Below the pieces are notes generated by a model. The model had not been told where the DNA came from and ran no database searches. It saw only the letters and a list, made by a program, of their open reading frames with translations. 32,000 nucleotides of DNA from Moraxella nasovis (lineage in GTDB: Bacteria; Pseudomonadota; Gammaproteobacteria; Pseudomonadales; Moraxellaceae): contig NZ_CP089976.1 in assembly GCF_022701215.1 (NCBI RefSeq), forward strand, positions 1,050,001 to 1,082,000, written 5' to 3'. This document shows positions 24,995-32,000 of this stretch, one piece after another; the first letter of the stretch is position 1, and every line of letters starts with the position of its first letter. Made by a program: the position numbers and the translations under genes.

Positions 24995-26833
24995 TTACTC
25001 AACCGTAACCGACTTTGCCAAATTGCGTGGTTTATCCACGTCAGTGCCACGCACCAAGGCGACATGATAGGATAATAGCTGTACAGCAATGGTATGCACA
25101 ATCGGTGATAGCACGCCAATGTGGCGTGGCGTGCGAATGATATGCACACCGTCTGTTTCGGTAAAATCGCTGTCTAAGTCGGTTAAGACGAACAGCTCAC
25201 CGCCCCTTGCCCCAACTTCTTGCATATTGGCTTTGACTTTATCGAGTAGGTTGTCGTTAGGTGCGATGACGACCACAGGCATATTCTCATCAACTAAAGC
25301 CAGCGGACCATGTTTAAGCTCACCTGCTGGATAGGCTTCAGCGTGGATGTAGGTTAGCTCTTTAAGCTTTAACGCCCCTTCTAAGGCAATGGGATAATGA
25401 ATACCACGCCCTAAGAATAAGGCAGATGGCTTGGTGGCAAAGTCTTTTGCCCAAGCAGATAACTGCGGCTCAAGATTTAAGGCGTGCTGAATGCTACCGG
25501 GTAATAAGCGTAACTCTTCGGCATAGTTTGTTAGTTGTTCATCGCTGACATGACCACGCAGATGACCTAAGGTAACTGCAAGCCCAAATAAAATCACAAG
25601 CTGAGTGGTGAAAGCCTTGGTACTCGCCACGCCAATCTCCGCCCCAGCACGAGTGTAGATGGCAAGCGAGCTACTTCTAGGTAGGGCAGACTCCATGACG
25701 TTACAGATAGATAGGCTGTGCTTATGTCCTTGGGCTTGGGCATATTTTAGGGCTTCCATCGTATCTAGGGTTTCGCCTGACTGGCTAATGGTGATGATCA
25801 GTTCATTTTCATCACTAATGACATCACGATAGCGGTACTCGCTTGCGATTTCTACATCACAGCGGATTTTAGCGATGGATTCTAGCCAATATTTGCCTGT
25901 GAGTGCAGCATAATAAGACGTGCCACAGGCGAGTATCTTAATACTGTTAATTTGACTAAAAATTTGTCTTGCTGTTTCGCCAAAATTCTCTGGAACAAAA
26001 CCGCCATCTAAAAATATTTCGGCAGTGTCAGCGACGGCTTTTGGTTGTTCGTAAATTTCTTTTTGCATAAAGTGGCTATGCCCGCCAAGCTCAAGCGACG
26101 CTAAGGAAAGCTCTGAGATTTTCGTGTTGCGATTGGCAACATTGCCTTGTTTGTCGAGTAAAGTCTCAATGCCGCTTGCACTTAGTAGGGCAATATCGCC
26201 ATCTTCTAGGTAAGCGACTTTACGAGTAAAAGCAATAACAGCAGATACATCAGATGCGATGAATGTCTCATCATCACCAAACGCCACAAGCAGTGGGCAG
26301 CCCATGCGTGCCACGACCATATGGTTAGGGTCGTCTGCACAAATCACCGCAATGGCATAAGCCCCATGAAATCGTAATGACGCTGTCTGTACAGCACGGT
26401 ATAAATCGCCACCATTTTGGCTGTATTCATGGTGAATGCTGTGAGCGATAACCTCGGTATCAGTCTGGGAGTTAAACTCATAGCCTAAGGCTTGTAAGCG
26501 TTCACGCTCTGCCTCAAAATTTTCAATAATGCCGTTATGCACTACCGAAATTAAGCCACCTGAAATGTGCGGGTGGGCGTTCGGCTCAGTAACTCCGCCA
26601 TGCGTCGCCCATCTGGTGTGTCCGATGCCGATATGACCTGTCAGATTTTTAGCATGGGCAGCCTGTGCCATATTCTGGACACGCCCCACACGGCGAACCC
26701 GCTTAATCTCATCGCCGTTATGCACCGCAATCCCTGCTGAGTCATAGCCACGATATTCAAGGCGTGCCAAGCCATCGGTTAAAAAATCCACCACATTGGC
26801 ATTTTTACGAAGTGCTCCAACAATTCCGCACAT
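24995..26833 (-). CDS. glmS: Glutamine--fructose-6-phosphate aminotransferase
   Basis: 612 aa with the N-terminal MCGIVG (Ntn cysteine), two SIS domains and a C-terminal KSVTVE. Confidence 0.95.
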   Translation of the reverse strand: MCGIVGALRKNANVVDFLTDGLARLEYRGYDSAGIAVHNGDEIKRVRRVGRVQNMAQAAHAKNLTGHIGIGHTRWATHGGVTEPNAHPHISGGLISVVHNGIIENFEAERERLQALGYEFNSQTDTEVIAHSIHHEYSQNGGDLYRAVQTASLRFHGAYAIAVICADDPNHMVVARMGCPLLVAFGDDETFIASDVSAVIAFTRKVAYLEDGDIALLSASGIETLLDKQGNVANRNTKISELSLASLELGGHSHFMQKEIYEQPKAVADTAEIFLDGGFVPENFGETARQIFSQINSIKILACGTSYYAALTGKYWLESIAKIRCDVEIASEYRYRDVISDENELIITISQSGETLDTMEALKYAQAQGHKHSLSICNVMESALPRSSSLAIYTRAGAEIGVASTKAFTTQLVILFGLAVTLGHLRGHVSDEQLTNYAEELRLLPGSIQHALNLEPQLSAWAKDFATKPSALFLGRGIHYPIALEGALKLKELTYIHAEAYPAGELKHGPLALVDENMPVVVIAPNDNLLDKVKANMQEVGARGGELFVLTDLDSDFTETDGVHIIRTPRHIGVLSPIVHTIAVQLLSYHVALVRGTDVDKPRNLAKSVTVE

Positions 26834-26911
26834 AATCGTTCCTAACTTAAAATAAATCCTATTATAACAAAAACATGATAATAATCGCTTAAAATTATAT
26901 CAACAAACCAT

Positions 26912-27763
26912 TTATAACAAATCCCAACTGTCTTTGGCAGGATAGACCACTTTTGGCGTGGTGGGTTTGTCTTTTTGGGCTTGAAGTTTTTTGCTCCGAT
27001 GCACCAAAAAATCCAGCAGATGATTGCGAATGCGATAATAGCCCTGCTCGTGATGGATATGCTCACGAGTGCGTGGGCGTGGTAGGGTGTTCACCACAAT
27101 CTCAGCAAGGGTTGCACAAGGTCCATTACTCATCAAAAAAATCCTATCAGCCAATAAAATCGCTTCATCAATATCATGCGTAATCATAAAGACGGTTTGT
27201 TGGGTACGCTCAATGATACCGACCAATTCATCTTGGATATTGCCACGAGTCAAAGCGTCCAATGCCCCAAATGGCTCGTCCATCAGAAGCATTTTTGGCT
27301 GTGTGGCAAAAGCCCTTGCGATGCCAACTCGCTGTTTCATGCCACCGGACAGCTCGGACGGCATTTTGTGCATGACGTTTTGTAGTCCGACCAAAGACAG
27401 ATAATGGTGGATTTTTTCGTCTTTTTCGTGTGCCAAAATGCCCTTAAAGCGTGCGTCAATGGCAAAGCCGATGTTATCAGCGACCGAAAGCCAAGGCAGT
27501 AGAGCGTGCGACTGAAATACCACGCCACGGTCAAGACTTGGGGAATTGATTTCCACGCCTTCCATCAAAATCTGTCCGCCTGTTTGTTGTTCTAGTCCTG
27601 CTAGGGCGTTTAAGATGGTGGATTTGCCACAGCCTGAATGTCCGATTAGGCAGATAAATTCGTTCTTTTTGATGTCAAAATTGACCCCTTCAAAGACGTT
27701 GGGGGCGTTGTCGTTGTAGCGTTTGGATAGATTGTGAACTTCAATTAGGGTTTCGTTTTTCAT
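26912..27763 (-). CDS. ABC transporter ATP-binding protein (NrtD/CmpD/SsuB-type)
   Basis: Walker A is GHSGCGKST, the signature LSGGMKQRV, and Walker [12 protein letters not shown]. Confidence 0.88.
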   Translation of the reverse strand: MKNETLIEVHNLSKRYNDNAPNVFEGVNFDIKKNEFICLIGHSGCGKSTILNALAGLEQQTGGQILMEGVEINSPSLDRGVVFQSHALLPWLSVADNIGFAIDARFKGILAHEKDEKIHHYLSLVGLQNVMHKMPSELSGGMKQRVGIARAFATQPKMLLMDEPFGALDALTRGNIQDELVGIIERTQQTVFMITHDIDEAILLADRIFLMSNGPCATLAEIVVNTLPRPRTREHIHHEQGYYRIRNHLLDFLVHRSKKLQAQKDKPTTPKVVYPAKDSWDLL

Positions 27764-27824
27764 GTGGTTGTCTTTATGAAATGTGGACTTGGATTAAGTG
27801 ATGAAATGATGAACCAGATGCCAG

Positions 27825-28712
27825 TTACTCTGTATAACTCACCTTGTTTTGTAATAATGCAAATACCCAATCAAGTATCCAGCCGACCACGCCGATGAGT
27901 AGCACGGCAAAAATCACATTGACGATGGATAGGTTGTTCCATTGATTCCACACAAAATATCCGATGCCTGTACCGCCCACGAGCATCTCAGCGGCGACAA
28001 TCACAAGCCACGCAATGCCCATAGAGATACGCATACCTGTGATGATGGTGGGGGCAGCGGCAGGCAGGACGATTTTGCGGGCGGTGGTTAATGGGCTAAC
28101 TTCAAGCGTCTTGGCGACATTTAGCCATTCACGGCGAACATTTGCCACACCAAAGGCGGTATTGGTGAGCATGGGCCAAATGGAGCAGATAAAAATCACA
28201 AAAATGCTGGATAAATTAGAGTCTTTTATCGTATAAAGGGCGATGGGCATCCATGCTAGGGGCGAGATGGGTTTGAGTAGCTGTACAAAGGGCGAGACTG
28301 CCTTGTTCATGACACGGCTAATCCCGAGTAGATACCCAAGCGGAATGGCGACCATCATCGCCAATACAAACCCTAGCAGCACTCGCATGATGGAATAGCC
28401 AAGCTGAATGCCAATGCCTTTATCGTTTAGCCCCTTATCATAAAATGGGTCGGATAAATGCTCGATGGCGGTGGCAGCGAAGCGTTTTGGACTAGGAAAT
28501 TCGGTCTCGGTGCTTGTGATTATTGCCCCAGCTGGCGTGTGTTCTGGGATATTGCCCATCAGCACTTCATATTCTAAGGCGATGGGGTCGGTGGGGGCGG
28601 TGATTGATGTTGGCAAGGTGGATAAGTGCCACACACCAAGTACGCCAAGCACCAATAAGGCAGTGATTAGATATGCTTTGGTTTGGGTGCTAAGTTGATT
28701 GAGTTTTATCAT
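27825..28712 (-). CDS. ABC transporter permease (NrtB/SsuC-type)
   Basis: Six-TM binding-protein-dependent permease with an EAA-like loop (VAKTLEVSPLTTARKIVLPAAAP), lying between the SBP and ATPase genes. Confidence 0.85.
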   Translation of the reverse strand: MIKLNQLSTQTKAYLITALLVLGVLGVWHLSTLPTSITAPTDPIALEYEVLMGNIPEHTPAGAIITSTETEFPSPKRFAATAIEHLSDPFYDKGLNDKGIGIQLGYSIMRVLLGFVLAMMVAIPLGYLLGISRVMNKAVSPFVQLLKPISPLAWMPIALYTIKDSNLSSIFVIFICSIWPMLTNTAFGVANVRREWLNVAKTLEVSPLTTARKIVLPAAAPTIITGMRISMGIAWLVIVAAEMLVGGTGIGYFVWNQWNNLSIVNVIFAVLLIGVVGWILDWVFALLQNKVSYTE

Positions 28713-28721
28713 AGTCGCTTG

Positions 28722-28751
28722 ATTATTAAGGCTATTATTAAGGCTATTATT
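28722..28751. repeat. 2.5 copies of a 12-mer (ATTATTAAGGCT) in the SBP-permease spacer
   Basis: Read directly: 28722-28733 equals 28734-28745, then a partial ATTATT. Confidence 0.9.
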
Positions 28752-28796
28752 GGGGTTTTGATTGCCTTTGGATTAAGATTGGTTGATGGATTAAGG

Positions 28797-30158
28797 TTAG
28801 TTGGCTTTGATGGCAAAGCTACTTACGTATTCATCAGGGTGGTCTGGGTCAAAGGCTTTGCCCATGACGGTGATGGATTTTTCGCCATCAAAAGAGTAGC
28901 CCATCGCCTGCATTTGTGTTTTGGCATCGGTCAGCATAAAGACATCATGGGCAAGCTTTTGGTAATTGACATCGCCTTTTAGGTAGCCCCAACGCTTCAT
29001 TTGCGTGAGCATCCACACCGCCAAAGATTTCCAAGGAATGGCATCAAAACCTGTGCGATTTGGCACATCTTGGATATTGCCCACGCCATCGGCAAATCTG
29101 CCTGTCAGGCTTTGGCGAATGACAAGCTCTGGCTGATTGAGATAATTGGCAGGCGAGAGAACTTGGGAGAGTTCACGCTTGGTTTTGGGGTCGTTTGCCA
29201 AGACATTCGCCTTTAAAATCGCTCGATACATCGCTAGGAATGATTGCGGATTGTCCTTGATGAAACTTTGAGACGTACCAAAGCTACAACAGGGGTGTCC
29301 ATTCCAAATCTGCTCGGATAAGGTGTGGATATAGCCTGCCTTATCCCAGACGGCACGTTGATTGAATGGCTCTGGACCAAAGAACCCATCAATATTCCCT
29401 GCTTTTAGGTTGGCAATCATATCAGGCGGTGAAGTGAGCCGAAGTTTGACATCTTTGTCAGGATTTAGCCCATGCTCTGCCAAAAAATACCTAAGCAGAT
29501 AATTGTGCATGGAATGCTCAAAAGGAATGGCGAAGGTCATGCCACGCCAATTCTTGGGATTGCGGTTGTTTTTGTGTTTTAGGGACATGACGAGTGCTTG
29601 ACCGTTGATGTTTTGGATACAGGCGACTTTCATGTCCTGCTTAGCAGAGCCTAGCCCCAGACTGATGGCAAGTGGCATGGGTGCCAAAAAATGCGTGGCA
29701 TCAAGCTCACGATTCATCATCTGATCACGCACCAAAGCCCAGCCTGCACGCTTGACCAGACTGACATTCAAGCCTTGTTCGGCGTACAGCCCAAATGGTT
29801 CTGCCATGATGAGCGGTGTGGCACAGATGATGGGAATAAAGCCGATGGTCAGCTCTTTTTTCTCAGGGCGTAGGCGGTCGGCAGCCACAGCTTCTTGCAA
29901 GGCACCAAGCGGAAAAATACTTGCCACAGCCCCCACCCCAACTGCCTTTAAGAATGCACGGCGAGTCGGCTCGTGCGGAAATAAGGCACGCACAAAAGCA
30001 GTCTCAATCAATTGAGCTGCTGCCTGCTCGCTTTGGGAGTTGTGGCTTAGGTTTGGATTAAGACGACTAAAATGGGTACAGTCGGCTTGATTTTGGTGTT
30101 GCCCACAGGCACAGCCAACGGGTGAATTGGGGTCGGCAGGGCGAAAAATATGGCTCAT
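28797..30158 (-). CDS. NrtA/CmpA-family ABC substrate-binding protein (nitrate/nitrite/cyanate/bicarbonate-type) with a Tat-like signal
   Basis: 453 aa. The twin-arginine motif TRRAFLKAVGVGAVA is followed by a large NrtA-length periplasmic domain. It heads the permease/ATPase operon. Substrate cannot be determined from the sequence. Confidence 0.78.
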   Translation of the reverse strand: MSHIFRPADPNSPVGCACGQHQNQADCTHFSRLNPNLSHNSQSEQAAAQLIETAFVRALFPHEPTRRAFLKAVGVGAVASIFPLGALQEAVAADRLRPEKKELTIGFIPIICATPLIMAEPFGLYAEQGLNVSLVKRAGWALVRDQMMNRELDATHFLAPMPLAISLGLGSAKQDMKVACIQNINGQALVMSLKHKNNRNPKNWRGMTFAIPFEHSMHNYLLRYFLAEHGLNPDKDVKLRLTSPPDMIANLKAGNIDGFFGPEPFNQRAVWDKAGYIHTLSEQIWNGHPCCSFGTSQSFIKDNPQSFLAMYRAILKANVLANDPKTKRELSQVLSPANYLNQPELVIRQSLTGRFADGVGNIQDVPNRTGFDAIPWKSLAVWMLTQMKRWGYLKGDVNYQKLAHDVFMLTDAKTQMQAMGYSFDGEKSITVMGKAFDPDHPDEYVSSFAIKAN

Positions 30159-30415
30159 GATGGGTGTCTTAATCTAGGATTTGGGTCATAAAAATAAAAT
30201 CGGTCGCTGTTATTATAATCAACAATCGCAACCGATGACATATGCCAAATGAGAATATGGATATGACATTAAGTATTGGCAATCAAAAAATCATCGTGAA
30301 GGTTTGGGGTGCGACAAGATTTATTTGGGTGTGTGCTGATTAATTTTGCCTAAATTGTCAGTAAATCGCTATAATATCGTTTTGTGGATATTTAATTTAT
30401 TAGGTAGGATTTTTT

Positions 30416-31969
30416 ATGACTTACAAAGAGCAACGAGACGAATTACACCGCCGTATCTGGCAAATCGCTGACGAAGTGCGTGGGGCGGTGGACGGCTGGG
30501 ATTTTAAGCAATATATCTTGGGGGCGTTGTTTTACCGCTTTATTAGTGAGCATTTTAGTGCGTATATTGAAGCGGGTGATGACAGTGTTAATTATGCCCA
30601 ATTTGATGACAAAGCCGAAATTTTGGACGCTATTAAAGATGACACCATCAAGACCAAAGGCTATTTTATTTATCCTAGCCAATTATTTGAAAATGTCGCT
30701 AAAAACGCCCACACCAATGACAATCTAAACACCGACTTAAAGGCGATTTTTGATGCCATTGAAGCATCAGCCACAGGCTATCCGTCCGAAGACGACATCA
30801 AGGGCTTGTTTGCCGATTTTGATACCACCAGTAGCCGATTGGGAAATAACGTCAATGACAAAAATGACCGCCTTGCCAAAGTCCTAAAAGGTGTCGCACA
30901 GCTTAATTTTGGGGAATTTAAAGATAATCAGATTGATTTGTTTGGCGATGCTTATGAATTTCTCATCTCAAATTATGCTGCCAATGCGGGCAAATCAGGC
31001 GGTGAGTTTTTCACTCCACAGCACGTCTCAAAGCTCATCGCACAGCTTGCCACACACGGTCAAAAACAAGTCAATAAAATCTATGACCCTGCCTGTGGGT
31101 CAGGCTCGCTACTATTACAAGCCAAAAAGCAGTTTGATGAACACCTGCTACAAGACGGTTTTTTTGGGCAAGAGATTAACCATACGACTTATAACCTAGC
31201 TCGTATGAATATGTTTTTGCACAACATCAATTACGACAAATTTAACATTGCTTTGGGTAATACGCTCATAAATCCTGAATTTGGCGATGATAAGCCTTTT
31301 GATGCCATCGTCTCCAATCCGCCTTATTCGGTCAAGTGGATAGGCGATGACGACCCTACGCTCATCAATGACGACCGTTTTGCCCCAGCAGGCGTGCTTG
31401 CCCCGAAGTCTAAGGCGGATTTTGCTTTTGTGCTACACGCATTGCATTATCTGTCTGCTCGGGGTCGTGCGGCGATTGTGTGTTTTCCTGGCATATTCTA
31501 CCGTGGCGGAGCGGAGCAAAAAATTCGTAAATACTTGATTGATAATAACTACGTAGAGACGGTGATTGCCCTTGCACCCAATTTATTTTTTGGCACGAGC
31601 ATTGCGGTCAATATCTTGGTACTTGCCAAAAACAAGCCTGACACACGCACGCAGTTTATAGATGCCAGTGGTCTATTTAAAAAAGAAACCAATAATAACG
31701 CACTCACCGATGAGCATATCGCCCAAATCTTAGCGACTTTTGGCGACAAAACAGACGTAGCACACTTTGCTAAGATGGTAGATAACACCCAAATCGCTGA
31801 TAATGATTATAATCTGGCGGTAAGTAGTTATGTAGAAGCTCGTGATACCAGAGAAATCATTGATATTGATGTGCTAAATGGGGAAATCCGTGAGACGGTG
31901 GCGGTCATTGATAAGCTACGAGTGCAGATTGATGAGATTGTGGGGGAGATTGTGGGGGAGCGTGCATAA
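30416..31969 (+). CDS. hsdM: Type I restriction-modification system, DNA methyltransferase subunit
   Basis: Has an HsdM N-terminal domain ([18 protein letters not shown]), SAM motif [11 protein letters not shown], and catalytic motif IV VSNPPYS. Confidence 0.92.
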   Translation: MTYKEQRDELHRRIWQIADEVRGAVDGWDFKQYILGALFYRFISEHFSAYIEAGDDSVNYAQFDDKAEILDAIKDDTIKTKGYFIYPSQLFENVAKNAHTNDNLNTDLKAIFDAIEASATGYPSEDDIKGLFADFDTTSSRLGNNVNDKNDRLAKVLKGVAQLNFGEFKDNQIDLFGDAYEFLISNYAANAGKSGGEFFTPQHVSKLIAQLATHGQKQVNKIYDPACGSGSLLLQAKKQFDEHLLQDGFFGQEINHTTYNLARMNMFLHNINYDKFNIALGNTLINPEFGDDKPFDAIVSNPPYSVKWIGDDDPTLINDDRFAPAGVLAPKSKADFAFVLHALHYLSARGRAAIVCFPGIFYRGGAEQKIRKYLIDNNYVETVIALAPNLFFGTSIAVNILVLAKNKPDTRTQFIDASGLFKKETNNNALTDEHIAQILATFGDKTDVAHFAKMVDNTQIADNDYNLAVSSYVEARDTREIIDIDVLNGEIRETVAVIDKLRVQIDEIVGEIVGERA

Positions 31970-32000
31970 TGGAGCTTGTGCTATATACAACCGATGACGG
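31970..32000 (+). CDS. 5' end of the next gene in the R-M locus ([11 protein letters not shown]...), possibly RhuM-like rather than HsdS
   Basis: The ATG immediately follows the hsdM TAA. Only 10 codons are visible. The (I/L)VLYxTxDG start resembles my recollection of RhuM-family N-termini often inserted between hsdM and hsdS. Confidence 0.3.

Noticed and set aside
26834-26911. glmS ribozyme/riboswitch upstream of glmS
   Set aside because: The leader is only 78 nt and very AT-rich, without the paired elements a glmS ribozyme needs. That ribozyme class is known from Gram-positive lineages, not gamma-proteobacteria.
26842-27066. 74-aa minus-strand ORF overlapping the ABC ATPase 3' end
   Set aside because: It is in a different frame of the same strand as a well-supported ABC ATPase gene and runs into the 78-nt glmS leader. 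It has no independent support.
28683-28982. 99-aa plus-strand ORF containing IIKAIIKAII
   Set aside because: The repetitive peptide is a by-product of the 12-mer tandem repeat in the intergenic spacer. The remainder is antisense to the SBP gene.
30201-30238. Imperfect inverted repeat (ATCGGT...ACCGAT) in the SBP gene leader as an ANTAR/NasR-type regulatory hairpin
   Set aside because: Only the outer 6 bp and an inner TGTT/AACA pair. The intervening bases do not pair, and I could not identify a second hairpin or a hexaloop pattern.
30355-30375. TTGTCA plus TATAAT as the hsdM promoter
   Set aside because: The two hexamers are only 9 nt apart, so they cannot form one sigma70 promoter. TATAAT (30370-30375) might instead pair with a weak TTGCCT at 30346-30351 at 18-nt spacing, but this is too uncertain to list as a feature.
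1-32000. CRISPR arrays, tRNA/rRNA genes, IS elements, prophage genes
   Set aside because: Reading through all intergenic regions on both strands, I found no spaced direct-repeat array, no cloverleaf-like or rRNA-like segment, and no transposase, integrase or phage structural gene.

Overview
The window looks like a gamma-proteobacterial chromosome segment. From gene order and composition I infer Moraxellaceae/Moraxella-like, but this is not verified. Most of it is housekeeping: pcnB(3' end)-folK-panB-panC-rapZ-yjgA, dsbA, ubiG-HAD phosphatase-SDR, a CNNM/TlyC-type protein, tesB, plsB, the prlC-yheV-pdxH operon, an EEP-family protein, an alpha/beta hydrolase, glmS, an NrtABD-type ABC importer, and the start of a type I R-M locus (hsdM). 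No tRNA, rRNA, CRISPR array, transposase or integrase was seen. The stretch that ordinary annotation does not explain is about 9.03-14.36 kb and has three parts. (1) A very AT-rich cassette at 9.08-11.2 kb. My hand counts of sample 60-nt lines gave 17-32% G+C there, against 52-55% in adjacent lines. It carries a sigma70-like promoter, a perfect 20-bp palindrome and a 36-codon Lys/Ala-rich ORF not in the supplied ORF track. These are followed by a hairpin/T-tract terminator, a stand-alone GRDP/DUF1399-like protein, and a translationally coupled 12-14-TM exporter-like protein. This layout resembles a peptide precursor/modification/export (RiPP-like) locus of a kind I do not recognise. (2) Converging on it, with overlapping stop codons, is a three-gene operon at 13.03-11.2 kb on the minus strand. 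It encodes two unrecognised small proteins and an orphan PP2C phosphatase. (3) Next come decayed remnants of a CobW-type GTPase gene and the C-terminal half of a CynX-like MFS gene, plus homopolymer tracts and a 16-bp tandem duplication. All functional calls come from reading motifs in the supplied translations; no database search was possible.
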